Assembly: GCA_965204905.1 (NCBI GenBank)
Contig: OZ242042.1
Coordinates: forward strand, 1,538,778 to 1,602,777
Direction: 5' to 3'
DNA from: Dehalococcoidia bacterium
GTDB lineage: Bacteria > Chloroflexota > Dehalococcoidia > Lucifugimonadales > UBA3495
DNA: 64,000 bases
Within the stretch, counting starts at the first letter, position 1. Each line of letters opens with the position of its first letter. Both the position numbers and the translations under genes were made by a program. Below are positions 10,945-19,256 of this stretch, piece after piece. The notes under the pieces are model-generated. The model was not told the origin of the DNA. It ran no database searches and was given only the letters and a program-made list of their open reading frames with translations.

Positions 10945-11586
10945 CTAGACCCGATCAAAAATCCACCGCCCTACCTCGAAAGTGAATCCAGGAAGCACGT
11001 CTTCCCCAGAAAGAATTTCAGGGTCTTCCAGCAATTCCGGTTCAGGCTGGCCGGCGCGGTAGATATAGACACGGCGGTTGCGAGCGTCGATCAGCCAGCC
11101 CAGCAGGGTTCCGTTCCGCAGATACAGCTCCATTTTGGTGTGCAATGGGGCCAGGTTGTCATACGTGGAACGGATTTCTACTACGAAGTCGGGGCAAAGA
11201 GGGTGCGGGTCGCCGGCGACGTGCAAGTGGGCATCCCATTTTTCCCGGGATGTCCAGGAGCCGTCCGGAACGAGAACTCCATTGGTAACCGGCATTAGAA
11301 ACGCTGCATTTGACCCTCTGGACACGCCTCCTTTTAACCGCGTCCATAGGCCCAGTTCAATATCCAGTTCGTGCTCGTGGCCGTCGCTGGGATGGTGAAC
11401 TGGCGGCATAGTGATGATTTCTCCATCCGGGCTGAGCTCGAATTGCCAAGGGCTCTGGCTGTGCCGGTTAGTAAATCTGACGAACAGCTTTATCAACTCC
11501 GGCCCGGTAGCAGTGATGCCCAAGTCGGCAGGATTGATGACCAAGGCGCTGTCGGGGGCGATGCCGGTTGCCGCGGCGGTGGTCAT
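10945..11586 (-). CDS. Uma2 family (DUF820) restriction-endonuclease-fold protein, paralog 1
   Basis: ORF 10945..11799 trimmed to ATG 11586 (GAGGAG upstream). The longer form would overlap the CaiB gene. WQFELSPDGEIITMPP, PDFVVEIRS and LSGEDVLPGFTFEVGRWIFDR fit the Uma2 PD-(D/E)xK pattern. Confidence 0.85.
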   Translation of the reverse strand: MTTAAATGIAPDSALVINPADLGITATGPELIKLFVRFTNRHSQSPWQFELSPDGEIITMPPVHHPSDGHEHELDIELGLWTRLKGGVSRGSNAAFLMPVTNGVLVPDGSWTSREKWDAHLHVAGDPHPLCPDFVVEIRSTYDNLAPLHTKMELYLRNGTLLGWLIDARNRRVYIYRAGQPEPELLEDPEILSGEDVLPGFTFEVGRWIFDRV

Positions 11587-11612
11587 GGTTCTTACTCCTC
11601 TTCCGGGGACCC

Positions 11613-12866
11613 TTAGATAACCCCTCGCTCGGCCAGTTGGCGGAGGGTGTCCGGCGTGATTCCCAGCAGGTCGCCATAGACGAGTTGGTTGTCGTGGCCT
11701 ACGGGGACTGAGCCGCGCCAGATCTTGCCCGGCGTCCTGGAGAGCTTGGGTACTATGCCCACTCCCTTGACCGTTTTTCCCAGTTGTTGGTCTTCCCATT
11801 CCAGGTGTACTGCCCGGGCGCGATAATGAGAGTTTTCAGCCATCTCCTGCGCGTTCATGATCCGGCTGCAACCAACCTGGGCATCGTTGAAGGTCCTGAC
11901 CACCTCGTCCACCGTTCGGTCTTCGACCCAGCCGCGCAGGATTGCGTCGAACTCGATGCCCTCGGGGGAGTTTACCTCGCGGCGGGCCTTGATCCATTTC
12001 TCTTCATCCGGATCCAGGTCCAGCACGCGACAGACTCGCGCGTACACGGCCGGGCCTACGGCGGCGATGACAACCCAACCGTCCTGGGCCTGGAAAGTGT
12101 CCCAGGGCTGGGCGTTGCCGGCCTTGTTACCGGCCCTCTCGCGTACCAGTCCCAACTCGTGGTAGGCGACCATAGTGCCGGACAAGATGCGATGGACCGC
12201 CTCGAACTGAGCCAGGTCGATGACCTGCCCTTCTCCGGTGCGTTGCGCGTGAATGTATGCGGCCAGCGACGACCACATACAGAACAGGCCGGTGATGTAG
12301 TCCGCCGTCCAGGGCACCGCCCGGGTTGGCGGGTCGGGTTCGGGATTACCCATGAGGTTCATCATGCCGCCGAATGCCTGGGCAGTGAAGTCGTAGGACG
12401 CCCGGCCCACGTATTCCGGGTCGCCATCCTGCCCATATCCGGAAATATGGCAGATTACTATGCGCGGATTGGTCGCCAAAACAGTGGAGTCATCCAGTCC
12501 CCACTTGTCGTAGGTGCGGGCTTTGGAACTCTCCATCCAAATATCGGCCCGCTCCACCAGCTTGAGGAAGATCTCACGCCCCTCGGTTGTGCTGAAGTCC
12601 AGGGTGGTGTGGTACATATTGCGGTGATCCTGCAGCCAGGAGCTGGCTACCAGGTCCCCGTTGGGAACCTCGATAGGGAACTCGGCCACCCGCCAGTCTT
12701 CGCCCTTGCCGGGGCGCTCGATATGAATTACCTCGGCGCCCATCTCAGCCGCCATGACGGCGGCAAAGGGCTCCGCCACGATGGTGCCGGTGGACAGTAT
12801 GCGGACCCCTTGCAGGGGGCCGAATTGTTCGGCCAATAACGTAGGCCCGGCCGGCTCCATTTGCAT
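11613..12866 (-). CDS. CaiB/BaiF family III CoA-transferase
   Basis: ORF track 417 aa. LQGVRILSTGTIVAEPFAAVMAAEMGAEVIHIERP is the canonical family III N-terminus. Confidence 0.9.
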   Translation of the reverse strand: MQMEPAGPTLLAEQFGPLQGVRILSTGTIVAEPFAAVMAAEMGAEVIHIERPGKGEDWRVAEFPIEVPNGDLVASSWLQDHRNMYHTTLDFSTTEGREIFLKLVERADIWMESSKARTYDKWGLDDSTVLATNPRIVICHISGYGQDGDPEYVGRASYDFTAQAFGGMMNLMGNPEPDPPTRAVPWTADYITGLFCMWSSLAAYIHAQRTGEGQVIDLAQFEAVHRILSGTMVAYHELGLVRERAGNKAGNAQPWDTFQAQDGWVVIAAVGPAVYARVCRVLDLDPDEEKWIKARREVNSPEGIEFDAILRGWVEDRTVDEVVRTFNDAQVGCSRIMNAQEMAENSHYRARAVHLEWEDQQLGKTVKGVGIVPKLSRTPGKIWRGSVPVGHDNQLVYGDLLGITPDTLRQLAERGVI

Positions 12867-12881
12867 CCTCGCTTCCTGTAA

Positions 12882-13523
12882 CTATATCCGGTCAAAAATC
12901 CAGCGGGCAACGTCAAAGGCGAAGCCGGGGAGGACGTCTTCCCCGGATAGAATGGCCGGACTTTCCGAGGGTTCGGGCTCAGCTTGCCCGGCGCGGTAGA
13001 TATAGGCCCGGCGGTTGGGGGGGTCAATGAGCCAGCCCAGTAGGGCGCCGTTTTCGATGTAGAGCCGCATTTTGGCGTGGAGGGGAGCGAGGTTGTCAGT
13101 GCCCGAACGGATTTCAATGACGAAATCGGGGCAAATTGGAATTGGATCCCCGGGAACCGGCGGATGCTCCTCCAACCGTGCGGGCGAAACCCATGCGGCA
13201 TCCGGCACCAGGACGCCTCCCGTGATGGGCATGCGGTAAAAGGCGTTAGAACCAGTAGCCATTCCGCCGAAGCTGCGCCTCCAGATATTCAATTCGGTGG
13301 CAGTCTCGTTTTCATGTAGCCCGCCGGGATGATTAATGGGCGGCAAAACGATTATCTCCCCTCCCGGAGTAAGCTCATACTGCCAGATGCTTTGACTATT
13401 CCGGCTGCAAAACTTGGCGAACAGCTTGTCGAGTTCCGGCCCGGTTGCCAAAATGCCCAAGTCGCGCAGGTCGATGACCAACGCGTTTTCCTGGGCAATG
13501 CCGGTTTTAGTTTCAGTGACCAT
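12882..13523 (-). CDS. Uma2 family (DUF820) restriction-endonuclease-fold protein, paralog 2
   Basis: ORF 12882..13541 (TTG) trimmed to ATG 13523 by alignment with paralog 1. About 60 percent identical by eye, with PDFVIEIRS and LSGEDVLPGFAFDVARWIFDR. Confidence 0.85.
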   Translation of the reverse strand: MVTETKTGIAQENALVIDLRDLGILATGPELDKLFAKFCSRNSQSIWQYELTPGGEIIVLPPINHPGGLHENETATELNIWRRSFGGMATGSNAFYRMPITGGVLVPDAAWVSPARLEEHPPVPGDPIPICPDFVIEIRSGTDNLAPLHAKMRLYIENGALLGWLIDPPNRRAYIYRAGQAEPEPSESPAILSGEDVLPGFAFDVARWIFDRI

Positions 13524-13556
13524 GCCAATAGCGCTCTTCAAGGGTAAAGCAGCGGA

Positions 13557-13883
13557 CTAATCCGCTGCTGGCGCTCCCGCCGCTTCCAGCCGATGCACCA
13601 CCTCGTACGTGTGGAACTCGCCGGGGCCGAGCAGGAAGTCGGGAGGGCCGCCGGCGTGGGCTGAGCGGAAGGCGTCGCTGCGCGTCCAAGTGTTGTGGTG
13701 TTCCTCGGCTTCCCAGTGCGTTACTACGAGGAATTCTTCGTGATCGGGGGTTTTGTTCATCTTCCATAGCTCGAAGCTGATGAAGCCGGGGTGGTCCTGA
13801 ACGGCGCCGCGAGCCTTGAACATGCTCTCCAGCGTGTCGCCGTAGCCGGTCTTGACCTTGATGCGGTTGGTGGCGATGAACAT
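13557..13883 (-). CDS. Antibiotic biosynthesis monooxygenase (ABM) domain protein
   Basis: ORF 13557..14009 trimmed to ATG 13883, preceded by AAAGGAGGAATT. MFIATNRIKVKTGYGDTLESMFKARGAVQDHPGFISFELWK...VVTHWEAEEHHNTW is a ferredoxin-like ABM/IsdG-type fold signature. Confidence 0.8.
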   Translation of the reverse strand: MFIATNRIKVKTGYGDTLESMFKARGAVQDHPGFISFELWKMNKTPDHEEFLVVTHWEAEEHHNTWTRSDAFRSAHAGGPPDFLLGPGEFHTYEVVHRLEAAGAPAAD

Positions 13884-13915
13884 AATTCCTCCTTTGACAA
13901 GCTTTGCGTGGGGCA

Positions 13916-15019
13916 TTAGTGGAACGGTGTTAAATCTTCCAGTTGAGGCAGGGTTTCTTTGGCCAGCAATTCCAGAGAGCGCAATCCCTTGGCTCGCTCG
14001 TCGCCCCAATCATGGCAGAGTATCAGCAAGGTGCCGAAACCGCCGGTATCCTGGTAAAGCCGCCGAATTTGACGCGCGCAATCGTCGGGGTTGCCCACGA
14101 TCCAGAAATTCTCCAGCATGTACTCCGGTGTCAGGGCAGAGTCCGGCACGTCCGGCGTTACCCTGATGCCATCCAATCCCCGCAGGCCCTGGCCCAGCAG
14201 AGGGAGAAAATAGTCGGTGAATGTGTGGGCAGGCGGACCGTGCATAACGTCGCTAACCGCTTGCTCAGTGTTGTCCGCGACAAATACCTCACGGGCGATC
14301 CGCCATTGAGAACGCGAAACCGCGCGTCCGGCGGCGCTGGCTCCTTTGGAGTAGGCTTCCCAGTGCATCGGCAGGTTTGAGGAATGCAGGAAAAAGGTGC
14401 TCATCGGCCACCAACCCAATTCCCCAGCAACCTCCAATGTCTGTGACGAGGGACTGCTGCCGGCTACGGCGATGGGCGGATGCGGCTTTTGGTATGGCCG
14501 CATATGAAACGAGAGGCCCATTTCCGGGCGAGGAGACGGCAACTTGACGTCGTAGTGCTCTCCGCGGTGGTGGAACTTTCCAGGTTCCTCGGTAGTCCAC
14601 ATATTGACAATCAATTCAGCGGCTTCACGCATGAGGTTGCGTTGCTGCCCGGATTGACGGTCCAGTTGGAACATTTCCGAATCGGTAGGCACGCCCCCTG
14701 AGCCTATTCCGAAGAAGAACCGCCCCCGCGCCAAGTGGTCCAGCATGGCCATCCGGTGAGCGATCATGATCGGATCATGAAACGCCAGCAGCGACACGCC
14801 GGTTCCCATCACGAGATTTTTCGTGACTCCCAACGCCCTGGCTATGAACAGATCCGGCGCGGGCATGTTCTCCCACTCAGTGGTGAAATGCTCACCGATC
14901 CAAGCCTCAGAGTAGCCGAGTTCGTCGGCCAGCGCCATCAACTCCAGGTCTTCGTCGTAGGTGTCGGCATGCAATCGACCCGGCGGATGCAGCGGCATAT
15001 TGAACAAACCGAGTTTCAT
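13916..15019 (-). CDS. LLM-class flavin-dependent oxidoreductase (luciferase-like monooxygenase)
   Basis: ORF 13916..15349 trimmed to ATG 15019 (MKLGLFNMPLHPPGR...GYSEAWIGEHF...GRFFFGIGSGG). The upstream 110 aa of the track ORF are Arg/Gly-rich junk that overlaps the next gene. Confidence 0.88.
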   Translation of the reverse strand: MKLGLFNMPLHPPGRLHADTYDEDLELMALADELGYSEAWIGEHFTTEWENMPAPDLFIARALGVTKNLVMGTGVSLLAFHDPIMIAHRMAMLDHLARGRFFFGIGSGGVPTDSEMFQLDRQSGQQRNLMREAAELIVNMWTTEEPGKFHHRGEHYDVKLPSPRPEMGLSFHMRPYQKPHPPIAVAGSSPSSQTLEVAGELGWWPMSTFFLHSSNLPMHWEAYSKGASAAGRAVSRSQWRIAREVFVADNTEQAVSDVMHGPPAHTFTDYFLPLLGQGLRGLDGIRVTPDVPDSALTPEYMLENFWIVGNPDDCARQIRRLYQDTGGFGTLLILCHDWGDERAKGLRSLELLAKETLPQLEDLTPFH

Positions 15020-15033
15020 GGTTCGACTCCGGG

Positions 15034-15984
15034 TTACAACGACTGGGCTACTTTGCCCAGCAGTTGGATGGTCTGCTCCATATCGGCGGCGGGGTCGTCG
15101 CCCGCGGTAACGGGAGTAACCAGCAACTCGCTGATACCCATGTCGAGCATGGCGACCATGCGCTCGCCGACCGCGTCGGCGTCGCCGGTCAGCACCGTGG
15201 CCTCGATCATCCCGTCGCTCCACGTTTCTTCGGCCGCTTCCGGGTGTCCGGCGGCGGCCCACATCTGCTGATAGAACGGCAGGCGAGGGTAATTGGACAG
15301 CTGTTGCTGAACCGCCAGCCGAGTGGCGTCGGAGTCCGTGCTGATGCAAACGGGAGCGTGGGCGATCAAGGGCGGTGTTTCGCGTGCCGCCTGGTCGGAA
15401 CCGCGTCGCATTGCAGGGAGAGCCTTATCGCGCAGGTACACCCCTGGGCTCACCCAGCTGATGGCCCCGTCCGCCAACTCGCCGCATAGCTCGTAAGAGC
15501 CTTCCTGTAATGCCGAGGCCATTACGGGGACGTTGACCGGGCGCGGGATGCTGGCGTGGGCAGTGTATTCCTGTCCGTCGAAGTCAACTGAACCCTCCTG
15601 CAACAACGCGCGCAGGATTTGCAGGTACTCCCGCAGGTTGGTGAGCGGCGCGCGCAGGTTGAACCCGAACATGGCCCGCATTGGCGGCCGGTGGCTAGGG
15701 CCGACTCCGATGCGCAGGCGTCCCGGCGCCAATTGGTCAATTACCTGGGCCTGCTGCGCCACAACGATGGGATGGCGAGGATAGGTAGGAACAATGGAAG
15801 TACCGAACAGAATGTCATCCGTCTGCACGGCTGCCGCGGAGAAGAGCGTCAGAGCGTCCAGGCCAGTGCCTCCCGTAGTCAGCCAGCCAGCCTGAACGCC
15901 GGCTGCCTCTGCGCGGCGCATGAGATCTAGGGACGCTTCGGCGTTGGGTGCGCCGGCATGGATGCCGATGCGTTTGGTGGGCAT
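15034..15984 (-). CDS. LLM-class F420-dependent oxidoreductase
   Basis: ORF 15034..16002 (TTG) trimmed to ATG 15984 with GAGG 8 nt upstream. MPTKRIGIHAGAP...GWLTTGG...FGTSIVPTYPRHP...GRLRIGVGPSH. Confidence 0.85.
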   Translation of the reverse strand: MPTKRIGIHAGAPNAEASLDLMRRAEAAGVQAGWLTTGGTGLDALTLFSAAAVQTDDILFGTSIVPTYPRHPIVVAQQAQVIDQLAPGRLRIGVGPSHRPPMRAMFGFNLRAPLTNLREYLQILRALLQEGSVDFDGQEYTAHASIPRPVNVPVMASALQEGSYELCGELADGAISWVSPGVYLRDKALPAMRRGSDQAARETPPLIAHAPVCISTDSDATRLAVQQQLSNYPRLPFYQQMWAAAGHPEAAEETWSDGMIEATVLTGDADAVGERMVAMLDMGISELLVTPVTAGDDPAADMEQTIQLLGKVAQSL

Positions 15985-16059
15985 TGGTGTTACCTCGCTC
16001 AAGGGTGTGTATTCAGCCCTATCGTAACACCGCAGCCGACGTTTGTAGAGGACAGGGTC

Positions 16060-17358
16060 TCAGCCCACTCCCTCCGCGTAATCGGTACCGATATGGCCGG
16101 CCGCTTCAAATGCGGCGTATTCCTCAGCCGAATAACCCAGCAGTTCACGATACACGTAATCATTGTCCTGACCGAACATAACCGGCCCGCGTCTTATACC
16201 CAGCGGGGTTTCGGACATTTTAAAGAGCGGGCCGGGGTAGAGGTGAGTGCCGCAGTCTGCCTGGTAAGCTTTATGGAAGAATTGTCGGCTCTGGATGTGC
16301 GAATCCGCGAAAGCATCGGCCTGATTCATCACAGCGCCGGCGGGGATGCCACGCTGCTGTAGCCGGTGCATGGCGGAGTCGGGGGTTTGAGTGAGGGTCC
16401 AGGAGGCGATGCGGTGATCGATTTCGTCCTGGCGGGCACGGCGGGCTGCACGGTCTGACAATCCAGTGTCGGACGTCAAATCCGGCGCGCCGATGATTTC
16501 ACACAACGCACGCCATTGGTCATAGTCATAAACGGTGATGACTACCCATCGGTTTTCTCCGGCGCACGGGTAGCAATTTTGCAGCGCCGACGGGTGGCGG
16601 TTGCCGGTCGGGCCATGAGTTCGCCCGTTCATCAGGTAGTCCAGGTAGTATTCACCCATATACGGAAATACGTTCTCGGCCTGCCCCAGTTCCACCAACT
16701 GGCCTTCGCCGGTTCGTTTTCGGTGGCGCAGTGCCGCCAGCACCGCGAACGCGCCCTGGGCGCCGGCCGCCGCGTCGGACATCAAGACCGTTGTGTTGTA
16801 CGAGGGATCGGTATCTTCGTAGCCGCGGAGCATGGTATGGCCGACGACACCCTCAATGTGGACGCCGTGGGCGCGGAAGTCCCGGTAAGGCCCGGTGCTT
16901 CCGTAGGCCGGCATCCGCAGCATGATGATGTCGTCCTTGACTGCTTTCAGCGATTCGTAGGATATGCCCAGCTTTTCCATGGTTTCGGTGGGGTTGTTTT
17001 CGACGAGGACATCGCTGATGGCGACCAGACGGTCGAAAATCTCCCGTCCTCCGGGATCCAGCAGATTCACCGTCATGCTGCGCTTGTTGCGGGCGTGGGA
17101 GTTGAACATGGGAGAGCGATTGAAGGGACGCTCGCCGGCAATGCGGTCCGGAACTCCGCCGGAATACAGAGGGAGGTTGTTGATGATTTCCTGGGAAGGA
17201 TGTGGCGCGGCGCCGCGCGTCAAGGGAACGAAGGTCTTGGTGGACTCGACGCGAATTACCTCCGCGCCCAGGTCAGCGAGAAAGGAACCGCAGTAAGGGC
17301 CGGCCCAAACTACGGTGATCTCCAGGACGCGCAGGCCCTCAAGTGGTAGTCGCGCCAT
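16060..17358 (-). CDS. CaiB/BaiF family III CoA-transferase
   Basis: ORF track 432 aa. LEGLRVLEITVVWAGPYCGSFLADLGAEVIRVES. Confidence 0.9.
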   Translation of the reverse strand: MARLPLEGLRVLEITVVWAGPYCGSFLADLGAEVIRVESTKTFVPLTRGAAPHPSQEIINNLPLYSGGVPDRIAGERPFNRSPMFNSHARNKRSMTVNLLDPGGREIFDRLVAISDVLVENNPTETMEKLGISYESLKAVKDDIIMLRMPAYGSTGPYRDFRAHGVHIEGVVGHTMLRGYEDTDPSYNTTVLMSDAAAGAQGAFAVLAALRHRKRTGEGQLVELGQAENVFPYMGEYYLDYLMNGRTHGPTGNRHPSALQNCYPCAGENRWVVITVYDYDQWRALCEIIGAPDLTSDTGLSDRAARRARQDEIDHRIASWTLTQTPDSAMHRLQQRGIPAGAVMNQADAFADSHIQSRQFFHKAYQADCGTHLYPGPLFKMSETPLGIRRGPVMFGQDNDYVYRELLGYSAEEYAAFEAAGHIGTDYAEGVG

Positions 17359-17370
17359 AGCTGCTATCCG

Positions 17371-18621
17371 TCATCCATCCGTGCGGTTGAGTCCAACAAC
17401 GCCGGAATCGACCAGCGCGGCGATGGCCGCGTCGTCGTAGCCGAGTTCGGCAAGAATCTCGGCGGTGTGCTGCCCCAACAGCGGAGCCGTGCGACGGAGT
17501 TGCCAGGGTGACCGGTTCATAATGAACGGTCGTCCCGGGTAGCGGAGCCTGCCGGCGGCAGGATGGTCCGCCTCGACGAAAACGCCACGCGAGTTAAAAG
17601 AAGGGTCGGCGTTAATGTCGGCCATGGTGTTGATGGGGCCGGAAAGTACGTGATTTTCCTGCGCGGCTTGCCACGCGTCGGCGCGGGTGCGTTCCAGTAT
17701 CCAGGGCAGGAAGTGCTCCGATTCAAACTCGTCCTGCATATCAGGGTTGCCCTGGGATGCGGGGTCTCGCCAGCGTTCCGTGTTCAGTTCCGGCGGGTTG
17801 CCCAGCATGGCGACGGTGCGCGGCCAATACATCCGACTGCCGTTGATTTGAAAATAGCCGTCCGCGGTCGGGTACACGGCGTTGGGATAGCCGCCGGAAC
17901 CGCCGGATGCCGGCCGGCGGCTCAATTCGCCGGTGTACTGGTGGGCCAGCAACGCGCTCTGCCGACGGTCCACGGATCCAAGTTGCGTCTCCAGGATGGA
18001 CACGTCGATGTGCTGGCCCGGCGCATCGTCGCCATCCGGGGTGAAAGAATCGGCAAGAATGGCGCCCATTGTAGCCACGGCCGCAACCGCTCCGGCCTGG
18101 TAGAGTCCGACGTTGCCGCCGAGTTTCAGGGGTCCGCGGTCGGCGAGTCCGGTGGAGTGCATCTCACCGCCCATGCCGTAGAAAACAATCTCGGAACCCT
18201 TGTAATCACGATAGGGACCGGTCTGCCCGAAATTGGATATGCTGGTGTAGATCAGCCGGGGGTTGATGGCTGACAACTGCTCGTACCCGACTCCCAACCG
18301 CTCGGCGACGCCGGGCCTGAAATTTTCAATGACCACGTCCGCCCAAGAAGCCAGGCTGCGTACCAGAGCGGCTGCGCCATTCCGTTTCAGGTCGATGACG
18401 ATGCTGCGCTTGTTGGTGTTCAAGTGCAGGAAAAGGCCGCTTTGCTCGGGGTGTGGCAGGTCATCGGGAAACGGGCCAATTTGCCGCGCTCCGTCCCCGG
18501 AGGGAGGCTCAACCTTGATCACATCCGCCCCATAGTCGGCCAATAGTTTGGCGCAATAGGGGCCAGCGACGTAGTGGGTGAAGTCAAGGACTTTGAGACC
18601 GGTCAGAGCTCCGTTTGGCAT
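17371..18621 (-). CDS. CaiB/BaiF family III CoA-transferase
   Basis: ORF track 416 aa. LTGLKVLDFTHYVAGPYCAKLLADYGADVIKVEPP. Confidence 0.9.
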   Translation of the reverse strand: MPNGALTGLKVLDFTHYVAGPYCAKLLADYGADVIKVEPPSGDGARQIGPFPDDLPHPEQSGLFLHLNTNKRSIVIDLKRNGAAALVRSLASWADVVIENFRPGVAERLGVGYEQLSAINPRLIYTSISNFGQTGPYRDYKGSEIVFYGMGGEMHSTGLADRGPLKLGGNVGLYQAGAVAAVATMGAILADSFTPDGDDAPGQHIDVSILETQLGSVDRRQSALLAHQYTGELSRRPASGGSGGYPNAVYPTADGYFQINGSRMYWPRTVAMLGNPPELNTERWRDPASQGNPDMQDEFESEHFLPWILERTRADAWQAAQENHVLSGPINTMADINADPSFNSRGVFVEADHPAAGRLRYPGRPFIMNRSPWQLRRTAPLLGQHTAEILAELGYDDAAIAALVDSGVVGLNRTDG

Positions 18622-18734
18622 AGTTCTGTTCCTGCTACAGCATCCGCCGGAAAAGGGGCCTGCGCTACAATTGCATAAAACATCGTTGGGGTCAAATTGG
18701 CCGCCCAGCGGGTGGCAGAGTTTTGGAAAGTCGC

Positions 18735-19256
18735 ATGCCCGTATTTGAGATCACCAAGATATTGCCCTGCCACCCGGAAGACGCATGGGAGGCAGTCGCC
18801 GATTTCCCAAGTCGCACCATACACAGCAGCCGCTACCGGAGGTCGGATTTGCCGGATGGCAAGGAGCCGATGCCAGGGCACCGGATTTTGCTGCACATCG
18901 GACGGGATCGATTCACCAGCATAATCACGGCAGTGCAGAAGCCCAGCAGCCTCTCCCATCGCACCATCGGTCCTGGTTTTTGGGCAGAGTATTCTTACCG
19001 GGTCAGATTATGCGACGAGCTTGACCCGGGATACACCAACGAGGACTTTGGCTTGGCTTTCATCTCGATACGCGCCGAATATGGCGGATGGCTAGGCAGC
19101 CTGGTCGCCAAAATGAGGCCGGGCGCTTGCCGGCGCTACCTGGAAGATGAGCTGGCCGCTATCGTCTCGGCGGCGGAATCGGTGCGCGCCGAGCCGGTTC
19201 CTGAAAACCAACCGGATGCGGATCCCTACTCAGGAGATAGTAATGCAGACGCCTGA
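18735..19256 (+). CDS. Hypothetical protein, possibly SRPBCC (START/cyclase-like) fold
   Basis: ORF 18723..19256 (TTG) trimmed to ATG 18735. MPVFEITKILPCHPEDAWEAVADF resembles the SRPBCC N-terminal strand-helix. The functional call is weak. The 3' end overlaps ptrB by 14 nt. Confidence 0.5.
   Translation: MPVFEITKILPCHPEDAWEAVADFPSRTIHSSRYRRSDLPDGKEPMPGHRILLHIGRDRFTSIITAVQKPSSLSHRTIGPGFWAEYSYRVRLCDELDPGYTNEDFGLAFISIRAEYGGWLGSLVAKMRPGACRRYLEDELAAIVSAAESVRAEPVPENQPDADPYSGDSNADA

Noticed and set aside
10945-11799. Track-length versions of several ORFs with long N-terminal extensions (10945-11799, 13557-14009, 13916-15349, 19147-21327, 22174-23319, 31743-33359, 41865-42905, 44949-45449, 59869-61002, 60957-62021)
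   Set aside because: The extensions overlap the upstream gene or a repeat element, are low-complexity, and an internal start with a good SD coincides with the conserved family N-terminus
10739-18621. Genomic island integrated at the tRNA-fMet gene (the Uma2/CaiB cluster begins about 200 nt after the tRNA)
   Set aside because: There is no integrase, no repeat of the tRNA 3' end elsewhere in the window, and the cluster composition matches the rest of the window
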